The notes beneath the pieces were generated by a model that was not told the origin of the DNA, did not search any database, and was given only the letters and a program-made list of their open reading frames with translations. From the IMG/VR virus record IMGVR_UViG_3300047496_000083, positions 1-42,049 of that record: 42,049 nt of DNA. One strand, written 5' to 3'. The DNA is from a virus. Position 1 is the stretch's first letter, and each line of letters opens with the position of its first letter. A program made the position numbers and the translations under genes. Of the stretch, positions 8,520 to 17,256 are shown piece after piece.

Positions 8520-9236
8520 ATGAAGCTTGAAACCACAACTTCAGACCCTGTAGACTCCGGCGCTGAAGAAGCACAACTGGACACACAGGAACAAGTCGAG
8601 GCGGTCACTAGTGAAGAAGATACCTCTCAATCCAGCGAATCAGAGGATAATGAGCCTTCGGAAGAAGATAACTCGGATGATACTGAACTCAAGGAATGGG
8701 CGGCTAAGAAAAATCTTCCACTAGATGACCCCATCAAACTAGCTAAAATGTATCGTGAAAGCGAGAAACAGTTAGGGAAAAAAGGTCTATCGGAAGGCCA
8801 ACTTAAAAGTGCGGTAACGGAAGCTAACACTTCAGCAGGGGTAGACGATATACAGTCCCTCCGCAACGAAGTAGCAGCGTTGAATTTTTATATGCAACAC
8901 CCCGAAGCCAAACAATATGAGGCCGAAATGGTAGAAATACTGGAAGAAAAACCGTGGCTAGGCTCCGATCTAGACGTCGTTTTAGACGTTGCTAAAGGTA
9001 GGGGAACAACCGAAGCCGCAAAATTAGACGCCGCAACGAAAGCTGGTAAGAAAGAAGCACTAGCCCAAGCAGAAACTGCTTCACGGGCTGCTCCGCCTCG
9101 AACCGCCGCTAATCAGGGTTCACAACAAGGAAGTAACAAAATTACTTTTGATAATGTAGACCAACTCATCGCTAAAAACGGCCAGAAATGGTTTGTTGAG
9201 CACCGAGACGAGATCAACCGAGCACTCGAGGGTTAA
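8520..9236 (+). CDS. Scaffolding-like protein
   Basis: Very acidic N-terminus, helical charged composition, and position immediately before the capsid gene; SD AAGGG. Confidence 0.5.
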   Translation: MKLETTTSDPVDSGAEEAQLDTQEQVEAVTSEEDTSQSSESEDNEPSEEDNSDDTELKEWAAKKNLPLDDPIKLAKMYRESEKQLGKKGLSEGQLKSAVTEANTSAGVDDIQSLRNEVAALNFYMQHPEAKQYEAEMVEILEEKPWLGSDLDVVLDVAKGRGTTEAAKLDAATKAGKKEALAQAETASRAAPPRTAANQGSQQGSNKITFDNVDQLIAKNGQKWFVEHRDEINRALEG

Positions 9237-9258
9237 CAACTTTTAACCGGAGAATACA

Positions 9259-10134
9259 ATGGCAACAGTTACTGGCGCTTACGGCGCAGGTAACGTAAAC
9301 ATTGGTGTTACTGCTGGTAACGTATTTCGTCCTAATGTCTGGTCTAGCGAAGTTCTTATGTTTGTTAAAGCAAACCTAGTTCTTCTACCTTTGGTCCGAC
9401 ACTACGATGCTGAAATACAGGCTTACGGCCAGACTGTAGAAATTCCTAACGTCTCTACTATCACCGCAAACCTCAAATCCCAGAACACCTTGGTTACGTT
9501 AAACTACAATACCGAGACTAAGACCACCATCACTATCAACAAGCACTACGAATCATCGTTCTTGCTAGAAGATATTGAGAAAATTCAAAGTAAATACGAC
9601 CTACGCACCGATTACACGCAGGCAGCCGCCTACGCTATCGCCGCCAAAGTCGATAACATTCTAGCTACTGACATGACCAACAGCTTTACCGCTTACGGTA
9701 CATTCGGTGTTCCGCTAAATGATACTTTGATCTTAGCTGTCAACCGTTACTTGGATGACGCTAAAGCCCCACAGACCGATCGTGCTTTCGTTGTTACCCC
9801 ACAAGGTAAACAAGAAATGCTCGCTATCGACAAATACATCCGTTACGACGCCCTAGGCATCGGCGGAGACAAGAACAGCATTGTAAATGGTCAGATTGGT
9901 ACTATTTATGCGTTAGACGTTTATATGAGCCAGAACCTAGTTCAGGTGACTACAAACCCTAACCAGAACAACCACCTCCTGTTCCACAAAGATGCTTTCG
10001 CAATCGCTATGCAAGAAAACCCACGTACTCAGGCTTCCTACAAGCAGGAATACCTAGGTTGGCTTGTAACAGTCGATGTTTTGTTCGGTGACATCGCTCT
10101 ACGCCCAAGCTTCGGCTTCGTTGTAAAGTCCTAG
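9259..10134 (+). CDS. Major capsid protein
   Basis: 291 aa. SD GGAG. N-terminal …NVFRPNVWSSEVL…GQTVEIPN… resembles capsid families. Followed by a strong terminator. Confidence 0.7.
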   Translation: MATVTGAYGAGNVNIGVTAGNVFRPNVWSSEVLMFVKANLVLLPLVRHYDAEIQAYGQTVEIPNVSTITANLKSQNTLVTLNYNTETKTTITINKHYESSFLLEDIEKIQSKYDLRTDYTQAAAYAIAAKVDNILATDMTNSFTAYGTFGVPLNDTLILAVNRYLDDAKAPQTDRAFVVTPQGKQEMLAIDKYIRYDALGIGGDKNSIVNGQIGTIYALDVYMSQNLVQVTTNPNQNNHLLFHKDAFAIAMQENPRTQASYKQEYLGWLVTVDVLFGDIALRPSFGFVVKS

Positions 10135-10145
10135 TTCTAATAAAA

Positions 10146-10178
10146 AAGAGGGTTTTCTTACAGAAGCCCTCTTTTTAT
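10146..10178 (+). terminator. Rho-independent terminator after the capsid gene
   Basis: Stem gagggttttc / agaagccctc (with G-U pairs), loop ttac, then TTTTTAT. Confidence 0.7.
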
Positions 10179-10180
10179 AT

Positions 10181-10197
10181 TGTATAATTAGCTTATG
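10181..10197 (+). promoter_or_regulatory. TGTATAAT, 6-nt spacer, ATG (leaderless-type promoter candidate)
   Basis: TATAAT at 10183-10188, tagctt, ATG at 10195, directly after the terminator. Confidence 0.4.
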
Positions 10198-10476
10198 GCT
10201 TTACTTGACACCTCTTTAGATGGCTACCTTCGTTCTATAAGTGGAGTTAATGCTTCTGCCCAGGTAATTCTAAACCGTCAGCTTGGAGTAGGGGATTATC
10301 GTAATACCACCCAAGGTGCTTTAAATGTCGGTGCAGGTAGAACCGCTAATGCTTTAGGTATCCAAGAAGCTTTAAAAGCTAATACTGGATTCGTAGGTCA
10401 AGGTTCAATTCAAGATATTATGGCTTTCGCCGTAACCCAAGGTTTAACAATGAGTAAAATAACCATAGGAGTTTAA
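10195..10476 (+). CDS. Hypothetical structural protein
   Basis: ORF track; late operon. Confidence 0.5.
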   Translation: MALLDTSLDGYLRSISGVNASAQVILNRQLGVGDYRNTTQGALNVGAGRTANALGIQEALKANTGFVGQGSIQDIMAFAVTQGLTMSKITIGV

Positions 10477-10477
10477 T

Positions 10478-10750
10478 ATGGAAGATAATCAACCGGCACG
10501 AGACGCACAAGGACACTTTGTATCACAATCTGATTCAGACAATAACCCAGACAACAACACAATGCCTTATGGAGCAGACCAAGTTCAACCAAAAGCAAAG
10601 GTCAAGCAAGAATCAGCCCGTGAGTTCGCAGAACGAGGCATCGTAGAAAAACACGGTGAAGCTATTAGACAAAATCCCCAGTTCGATGAACTAGTCAAGA
10701 GAGAAATGGCCCAGGTTGCTGAGAACCAACGCAACACTGAAGGAATGTAA
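10478..10750 (+). CDS. Hypothetical protein
   Basis: ORF track; SD AGGAG. Confidence 0.5.
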   Translation: MEDNQPARDAQGHFVSQSDSDNNPDNNTMPYGADQVQPKAKVKQESAREFAERGIVEKHGEAIRQNPQFDELVKREMAQVAENQRNTEGM

Positions 10751-10950
10751 TGGACTTCTCATATCTAGCGGCTCAGGTGGCTGATGGAGCCAAACAACCG
10801 ATACAACCAGGCGAAAGCCTGCTTAGCATAGCAATTAGAAGCGTAATTGAATCTAATAGTGCTACTATCACTTCTAATCCAAACTACAATGCTTTAGTAG
10901 CCGATAAAGAAGCTCAGATAACCGACAATTTAGATGGTAAAATAGGATAA
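10750..10950 (+). CDS. Hypothetical protein
   Basis: ORF track; TAATG overlap with the upstream ORF. Confidence 0.45.
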   Translation: MDFSYLAAQVADGAKQPIQPGESLLSIAIRSVIESNSATITSNPNYNALVADKEAQITDNLDGKIG

Positions 10951-10963
10951 TTAAGGAAAAATA

Positions 10964-11176
10964 ATGGCACAACTAATCACCCCCAACCCAAACGGAGATA
11001 CTCCGAAAGTAATCGAGGATAAGACTCGAGCCCTACCAGCTAATCAGGGTCTTAACAACTACGATATGTGGTTAAAGATAGACGCTGAAATAGCCGCCGC
11101 CCGTACAGCTAACAAGATTAACGAGAACGTTATTTACCCTCCAGCCACTACCGGCAACAAACACGGCAACAAGTAG
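10964..11176 (+). CDS. Hypothetical protein
   Basis: ORF track; SD AAGGA. Confidence 0.45.
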   Translation: MAQLITPNPNGDTPKVIEDKTRALPANQGLNNYDMWLKIDAEIAAARTANKINENVIYPPATTGNKHGNK

Positions 11177-11278
11177 CTTCTGCAAGTAGTTATCTTCGAT
11201 AACAAGTAGAACTTACTACAATATATTGCTAATCCTTGTAAGAATTAGTACGCTTTCCTTATTAACATAAGGAGTTCT

Positions 11279-11593
11279 ATGAGTAGTCCATTAAAGTACG
11301 ACGCCAACATCAAGGAAGAGTTTGGCATTAAGAGTTCGCTTGACCTTGATGACCAATTAAAGTTAGGTTTTGTCCGTTCACAGTTCGATGAGCTTAAAAA
11401 AATGCTGTGGCGCACCAGAGTAGAACTTCAACTCGCAGAAGCCCAAACTAAAACAGAGGTAGAGGCTATGGCGGCCGACGCCCGAAATAAGATCGCCGCC
11501 CACCGAAACGACATTAAAGGTTATGTTCGAGGTCTTAACGTACTGCAAGGCTTCATAGATGAACTCGACACTAGCAATCGTACTTCCAAGTAG
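11279..11593 (+). CDS. Hypothetical coiled-coil protein
   Basis: ORF track; SD AAGGAG. Confidence 0.5.
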   Translation: MSSPLKYDANIKEEFGIKSSLDLDDQLKLGFVRSQFDELKKMLWRTRVELQLAEAQTKTEVEAMAADARNKIAAHRNDIKGYVRGLNVLQGFIDELDTSNRTSK

Positions 11594-12362
11594 GGGGTTA
11601 CTCTTTAGCAAGACCCTTGAAGATCTGTTAAGGGAGCTTAAGGGTTTTAAGTATAAGATCTTTTGGTCGCATGAAAGATCACTACCCGAGTGTTTTAATA
11701 TCCCCACCGAAGAGGCGTTAGCCGACCCAGAGGTATTCGCAGTACTATTCTGCGAGGATGACATGATACTGCCTAAAGGCATTCTGCAGGAGATGTTCGA
11801 TAAAAAATATCCTGTAGTAGCCTTGGACTACCCCTTTCAGCAAGACGGCGACGCTACCACCCTACACGACCCCGAAGGAATGGCGTTTTGGACAGGCACG
11901 GGCTTTATGCTCGTAGCAAGACAGATACTTGAAAACATCCCTAAACCTATCTGGCAAACTGGCAGGACGTTTGACCCCTTCGTAGACACCGATACGCTCC
12001 ACTTCTGGCCCAGAAAGCTGAATAAGACTTATTACGGATTACATGACCTAAACTTTGGCCTAACCCTTTACTCAGCTGGTGTTCCGATTATGGTTATGGA
12101 CAGAACCGCAGGACAGCACAAACTTAAGAAGATGGGCGGAATAAACACCAATATAGGGGCGCACGACATTTATGATCTAACCGAGGTAGGCAGGGATATA
12201 GTCAGTGGAATGGTAGACCAAGAAAACTCCAGTTTATTCTTAGGAGCACTTAATAGGGTTAAACATGTGAAGTTCTGGGAAGATATACCACCATTTATAT
12301 CTTATGACGACAAACAACAACCCTACCTGAATGATGGCAGAGAAGCGAGTGTGGTGAAATGA
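11559..12362 (+). CDS. GT-A-like glycosyltransferase, paralog 1
   Basis: IVLPSRGLLFSKT… plus an EDD (DxD-like) motif, CEDDMILP. Clear paralog of the 12490..13302 product. Confidence 0.55.
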   Translation: MNSTLAIVLPSRGLLFSKTLEDLLRELKGFKYKIFWSHERSLPECFNIPTEEALADPEVFAVLFCEDDMILPKGILQEMFDKKYPVVALDYPFQQDGDATTLHDPEGMAFWTGTGFMLVARQILENIPKPIWQTGRTFDPFVDTDTLHFWPRKLNKTYYGLHDLNFGLTLYSAGVPIMVMDRTAGQHKLKKMGGINTNIGAHDIYDLTEVGRDIVSGMVDQENSSLFLGALNRVKHVKFWEDIPPFISYDDKQQPYLNDGREASVVK

Positions 12363-12493
12363 CCGTTAATAAAAAACAACTCGAGAAGTTAAAATCAGAA
12401 TCTACATTCGTCAGATTCGATGGACATAAGTACGTTAAGGGCTTAGGAAGCTTAGTCGGTCTGTGGAATGGCGAAGAGGTGTATTTGAAGTGA
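12359..12493 (+). CDS. 44-aa micro-ORF coupled on both sides (below the track cutoff)
   Basis: ATGA overlap with the upstream stop and GTGA overlap with the downstream start. Hand translation: MTVNKKQLEKLKSESTFVRFDGHKYVKGLGSLVGLWNGEEVYLK. Confidence 0.4.
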   Translation: MTVNKKQLEKLKSESTFVRFDGHKYVKGLGSLVGLWNGEEVYLK

Positions 12494-13302
12494 AGATTGC
12501 AGTCATTTTCCCCTCTAGGGGGTTAGTGTTTAGCCGTACGGCGGAAGAACTCTTGAATAACCTTGAGGGCTATGAATACGACATCTTCTTCTCCCACGGG
12601 CTACCTATTCCAGATTGCTTTGAAAAACCTGTCCTAGAGGCCTTAAAAGACCCCACATACACACATTTATGGCTAGTAGAGGACGATATGATACTCCCAG
12701 ACGGAACGCTAGACTCCCTACTCATAATGGACGCCCCTGTAGCCACTATGGACTATCCTGTAAGTAAAGAAGGCCAAGGAACAGTCTTTGAGGTGGGTGG
12801 AAGAGTTATATTCTCGGGTACGGGCTGTCTTTTGATTAAACGAGAGGTATTTAACTTCCTGAATAAGCCTTACTTTAGGGCGGACGTTAAGTGGACACCA
12901 ACCAACTTTGGTAAGTTTATACGCTTTACCGCCTCAGAGAGCACCCGTCTAGACGCTTACGGGCTACATGACGTTACATTCGGCCTCAAGCTCTTTAAAG
13001 CCCAAATACCTATCTCAGTCGCTGGGACGATAGGCCAACGTAAACTCAAGGCTCTAGGTAAAGCTGGGACTAACGACGGCGCACACCAGATAGAGGAGTG
13101 GAATAAGGTTAAAAAAGACTTCCTGCTTAAGACCTACAAGAAATTCCCAGTCCAACCCACAGGCAAGTTAATAACTATCAAAACTCCTGAGGGCGAGATA
13201 ACCACTCACCCCGACTTCGCAAAGAAACTTATCGCCCAGAACAAAGCTACTGCCATGCCCAGACAGCCGTTTGTAGTGGATTACGGGGAGATACTGCTAT
13301 GA
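12490..13302 (+). CDS. GT-A-like glycosyltransferase, paralog 2 (track ORF starts at 12463; GTG at 12490 preferred)
   Basis: VKIAVIFPSRGLVFSRT…VEDDMILP…YGLHD…GQRKLK aligns with paralog 1 from its first residues. Confidence 0.55.
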   Translation: MKIAVIFPSRGLVFSRTAEELLNNLEGYEYDIFFSHGLPIPDCFEKPVLEALKDPTYTHLWLVEDDMILPDGTLDSLLIMDAPVATMDYPVSKEGQGTVFEVGGRVIFSGTGCLLIKREVFNFLNKPYFRADVKWTPTNFGKFIRFTASESTRLDAYGLHDVTFGLKLFKAQIPISVAGTIGQRKLKALGKAGTNDGAHQIEEWNKVKKDFLLKTYKKFPVQPTGKLITIKTPEGEITTHPDFAKKLIAQNKATAMPRQPFVVDYGEILL

Positions 13303-14030
13303 AACTACTTATATGCCTAATTACTTATAACCGTATGGAATATACGAAAAGAACCCTAAAATCCCTCAGATGGTGGTTAGGTGAAGAGACTGACTACTAC
13401 ATCATAGTCGTAGACAACGCCAGTACAGATGGAACCAAAAAGTACATAAAGGGGCTTGAAGAACGGGCCATGATAGATTCTTATATCTTAAATGATGAGA
13501 ATTACTATCCGGGTAAGGCTTGTAACATGGGCTGGGAAGAAGGGCTGAAACACTATGAAGCCACGCACTTAATGCGATTAGATAACGATATGGAGTTTAA
13601 AAAGGGCTGGTTTGATAAGGTAGAGGATTACTTTAGAGCTATACCAGAACTAGGCCAGTTAGGGCTTGACCATGAGGCTATAGAGGCTCCAGAGGCAGAT
13701 ATGCGTAAACGCACGATTAATGGAATGACTATTAATGAATGGCCCGGTTGTGTTGGCGGCCCATGTGTTATCCCTCGTTCTATCTGGGACTTTGGACTTA
13801 GATGGCCGGAAATGAAGTGGGACGATGATAGAAACTCGCCAGCCCAAGAAGACTCAGCTTTTAGCAGAGCAATCATGGACAGGGGCTATCTGGTCGGACA
13901 CGCCCAACCTGAAATAGCTAGAACTTTCGCCAATAAAAGTAACTGGCACGAACAGAAGGAGTATTACTTAAAGACTATGAGCGACAGGGGTTATCAAGAA
14001 CATGTAGACTACCTGAAAGGACTTAAATGA
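13299..14030 (+). CDS. Family-2-type glycosyltransferase
   Basis: LICLITYNRMEYTKRTLKSL…VVDNASTDGT is the canonical GT2 N-terminal signature; DND further on; ATGA coupling. Confidence 0.75.
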   Translation: MKLLICLITYNRMEYTKRTLKSLRWWLGEETDYYIIVVDNASTDGTKKYIKGLEERAMIDSYILNDENYYPGKACNMGWEEGLKHYEATHLMRLDNDMEFKKGWFDKVEDYFRAIPELGQLGLDHEAIEAPEADMRKRTINGMTINEWPGCVGGPCVIPRSIWDFGLRWPEMKWDDDRNSPAQEDSAFSRAIMDRGYLVGHAQPEIARTFANKSNWHEQKEYYLKTMSDRGYQEHVDYLKGLK

Positions 14031-14653
14031 AAGTATCAGTTTTACTTCCTACTAGAGAACGTGCTCAGATGTGCAAAGAAGCTATCGATAGTCTAGGCGA
14101 TGGTGATTTTGAAGTCTTACTTTACGTGGATACTGATGACCCCCAGATCAAAGCTTATAGAAGTTTGGCATCTAGAAAAGTGAAGGTTTTCGTAGAGGCT
14201 CGGTTAGGCTATGCGAACTTTCATAGAATGGTCAACTTCCTAGCCAAGAAAGCTAAAGGTGAATGGCTCCTCTTGTGGAATGATGATATGCGGATTATAG
14301 GTGATTGGACAGTTCCTGACGCCACAGACAAACCCCAAGTACTTAACTTTTGGGACCCAAATAATCAGGTGAATAACCTAGCACCAGTGATAAGCCGTAA
14401 GATGTACGAGATTATGGGACACTTCAGCCTATCTACCCACTGTGATTCATGGGTACAGGATATAGCTAACGAACTCGGTATACACGTTCCAGTCCACGGA
14501 GCACAGGTCCAACACCTTAGAGAGTCCTTGAATGATGCGACAAAGTCGCAAACACAACCAGTTTACGCCACTTCCAGCCCTGAGTATGATGGTTTAGAGA
14601 TGATGAAATTAAGAGAAATAGATAAGGAGAAATTACGTGAAAATCTACTATGA
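14027..14653 (+). CDS. GT-A-like glycosyltransferase
   Basis: VSVLLPTRERAQMCKEAIDSL…LLYVDTDD…WNDD; ATGA coupling. Confidence 0.5.
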   Translation: MKVSVLLPTRERAQMCKEAIDSLGDGDFEVLLYVDTDDPQIKAYRSLASRKVKVFVEARLGYANFHRMVNFLAKKAKGEWLLLWNDDMRIIGDWTVPDATDKPQVLNFWDPNNQVNNLAPVISRKMYEIMGHFSLSTHCDSWVQDIANELGIHVPVHGAQVQHLRESLNDATKSQTQPVYATSSPEYDGLEMMKLREIDKEKLRENLL

Positions 14654-15449
14654 CCAAGCGGCCGACGTGTACTGCCAGATGTCCCACGCACTTTTACAAG
14701 GCTTTCACCAACTGGGCCATGAGGTTCAAAGTAACGTATACAACTACCCGTTCATTAAATCTATCGACAATCCAGACGTTAGAATCGCCAGCACATCAGG
14801 CAATATAAGCGCCCTCTATATGCCCTGTGACATCTTTATAGATGGGCGGGATCAGGCTGACATACAGACCGACTTTCAAGACCATCCGCTTTACTTTAAA
14901 AGCAACGGTAGCGAGAAACTTAAACTCCCAGCCTGCATGATGCCCCAGAAGTACGTAAGTCCAGAAGCCCCCAGAACCACTGAGATTATCTTCTTAGCAG
15001 GACACTCAGACTTTGGACGAGAGCACCTACAAGAAATTATCCCAGCCTCATTCGTGGATGGAGACAACCTCCCACTGGTTCCGCAGTACCCAGCAACCTC
15101 TTGCAATATGTACTCCGCTAAATATTACGACGCTCTAGCCAGCGCCAAAATATCCGTTAACGCTCCCGGCGGGAGTGCTAATACTAAGAAGTTCCATGAA
15201 ATAACCTCGCACGGCTGTCTAACGTTAAACTTTATCCCGCCAACCTATCACCAAACCACCCCTGACGTTTTAGACCTAATACCTGAAGATCTTAACTTCC
15301 CAAGACACGCAGTCTTAAACTTCCGAAATAAGGACGAGTTTGACCAGATAATGAAAGATCCACCCTACCATTTAGCCTGGGAGACGTTTGAATGGGCGAT
15401 GAACTGGAATCCTAAAGCTATGGCAAGTTACGTGCTGGGAAAACTATGA
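14637..15449 (+). CDS. Possible GT-B / CgeB-like glycosyltransferase
   Basis: C-terminal …KISVNAPGGSANTKKFHEITSHGCLTLNF weakly resembles Glyco_trans_1_2-type motifs. GTG start with SD AAGGAGA. Confidence 0.3.
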   Translation: MKIYYDQAADVYCQMSHALLQGFHQLGHEVQSNVYNYPFIKSIDNPDVRIASTSGNISALYMPCDIFIDGRDQADIQTDFQDHPLYFKSNGSEKLKLPACMMPQKYVSPEAPRTTEIIFLAGHSDFGREHLQEIIPASFVDGDNLPLVPQYPATSCNMYSAKYYDALASAKISVNAPGGSANTKKFHEITSHGCLTLNFIPPTYHQTTPDVLDLIPEDLNFPRHAVLNFRNKDEFDQIMKDPPYHLAWETFEWAMNWNPKAMASYVLGKL

Positions 15450-16180
15450 TTATAGGTAAAGACGGCTACATAGGAAGTGATCTAGAACTAGAGACTGAGG
15501 ATATAATCCTACTCGCAGGCCACTCAAGCGTTAAGATGGCCCAGAACGACCCTGACGGTGCGTGGATTAATAACGTGGAGTTCTTCAGATCTACCCTTAG
15601 TCAGGCTGAAAAGCTTATCTACGCATCTTCAGCGACCGTATATGACGGTCTTACTAACCCGACTGAGGACAATAACGCTTTTAACTTATCCAACGTCTAC
15701 AACCTTACTAAGCACACGATAGACCAACTCGCCCTGCTATCTGGTAAGAAGGTCTATGGACTACGCTTTGCAACTGTTTGTGGCTGGAGTTCTAACCTAC
15801 GAGTAGATGTGATGCTTAATAAAATGGTCTATGACGCTATAAATACAGGGAAGGTTCTAGTCAAAAACCGCCACATAGAACGACCTATCCTCGGAATTAA
15901 AGACTGCCACAGGGCTATAAAACACTTCGTAGAGAACGATTTAGAACCCGGAATCTATAACCTAGCTTCCTTCACAGCTTCGATAGATGATATGGCTAAA
16001 TACGTCGCCCAAGAGTTTAACGCCGAAGTTGTCTATGATGAGTACGACAATATCCCAGCTTACGCTTACGGGATAAACTGCGATAAGGTTAAATTTACGA
16101 GTTTCAGGTTCGAGGAAACACTGGAAAGTGTCGTCGATAGTTTAAAACAACCCTTTAAGAAAGTAGGAGTTAGAGAATGA
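15446..16180 (+). CDS. Short NAD(P)-dependent sugar epimerase/reductase (SDR family)
   Basis: GKDGYIG (GxxGxxG) at the extreme N-terminus and YNLTK (YxxxK); ATGA coupling. Confidence 0.6.
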   Translation: MIIGKDGYIGSDLELETEDIILLAGHSSVKMAQNDPDGAWINNVEFFRSTLSQAEKLIYASSATVYDGLTNPTEDNNAFNLSNVYNLTKHTIDQLALLSGKKVYGLRFATVCGWSSNLRVDVMLNKMVYDAINTGKVLVKNRHIERPILGIKDCHRAIKHFVENDLEPGIYNLASFTASIDDMAKYVAQEFNAEVVYDEYDNIPAYAYGINCDKVKFTSFRFEETLESVVDSLKQPFKKVGVRE

Positions 16181-17256
16181 GAATAAGTTATAGTCCCGAT
16201 ACGTTCGATGTTTACGGAGAAGAAGAAATACAAGCAGTAGTTGACAGCCTGAGAGACGGCTGGCTTGCGCCCGGAAAACGAGTAAAGGAGTTTGAAGAGA
16301 AGGTCGCTAAGTTATTCGGTAAAAAATATGGGGTAATGGTCAATTCGGGTTCGAGTGCTAATCTTCTGGCGGCCGAAGAATTACAAGGCCCCGTAGTAAC
16401 CCCAGCCCTAACCTTTGTAACCACCTACTCATACCTTAAACAGCCTGTCTTAAAAGATGTAGAAGAGGGAACTTACCAGATTAAATTCGGAGACATTCCA
16501 CCCGATAACTTTTTCGTGCCTAACCTACTGGGTAATATACCCGACTGGAAGAGCGTTAAACGCTTCAACACCGTAATAGTAGAAGATTCCTGTGACGTTA
16601 TAACGGACGCCGGTAAGAATGTTTCGGACATCACTACTACAAGTTTCTACTCCACCCATATGATTACTGCCGCCGGAGCTGGTGGAATGATTATGTGCAA
16701 CGATGCAAACATGTACGAACGATTCTTAAGCAAGCGAGCGTGGGGACGGCCTGTAGTGGACGAAAAGGACTTCGATAGACGCTTTGCCGGAGATTACGAC
16801 CTTAAGTTTCTATTCGAGAACAAAGGCCACAACTTACAGCCTATCGAACTACAGGCCGCTTTCGGGCTAGTTCAACTAGAGAAGTTAGATGAGATTAAGG
16901 ACAAGCGTTGGCAGGTGTTTGGTAAGGTTTATGATTTCTTTGAGCAGTATGAGGACAGATTTATACTACCTATAAGCCGACAAGGGGCTAATTGGATGAA
17001 CTTCCCGCTCACGATACGTGAAGGTATAGACCGCAAAGAGTTCTGTCGCTACCTAGAGGAGAACGACATCCAAACCCGCCCAATCTTTAGTGGTAACATT
17101 ACCCGCCAACCAGCCTTCAAAGACCAAGGAGTTCAAGACTTCCCAGTAGCCGATAAGATAATGAAAGATGGAATCCTACTAGGTTGCCACCAAGGGCTAA
17201 CAGACGACCACCTAGATTACATGTTTAGTAAGGTAAAGGAGTATTTAGATGTCTAA
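16177..17256 (+). CDS. DegT/DnrJ/EryC1-family PLP sugar enzyme with His at the Schiff-base Lys position (possible 3-dehydratase)
   Basis: FEEKVAKLFGKKYGVMVNSGSSANLLA, VEDSCD, and SFYSTHMITAAGAGG (His161 where family aminotransferases have SFhxxK). Confidence 0.8.
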   Translation: MRISYSPDTFDVYGEEEIQAVVDSLRDGWLAPGKRVKEFEEKVAKLFGKKYGVMVNSGSSANLLAAEELQGPVVTPALTFVTTYSYLKQPVLKDVEEGTYQIKFGDIPPDNFFVPNLLGNIPDWKSVKRFNTVIVEDSCDVITDAGKNVSDITTTSFYSTHMITAAGAGGMIMCNDANMYERFLSKRAWGRPVVDEKDFDRRFAGDYDLKFLFENKGHNLQPIELQAAFGLVQLEKLDEIKDKRWQVFGKVYDFFEQYEDRFILPISRQGANWMNFPLTIREGIDRKEFCRYLEENDIQTRPIFSGNITRQPAFKDQGVQDFPVADKIMKDGILLGCHQGLTDDHLDYMFSKVKEYLDV

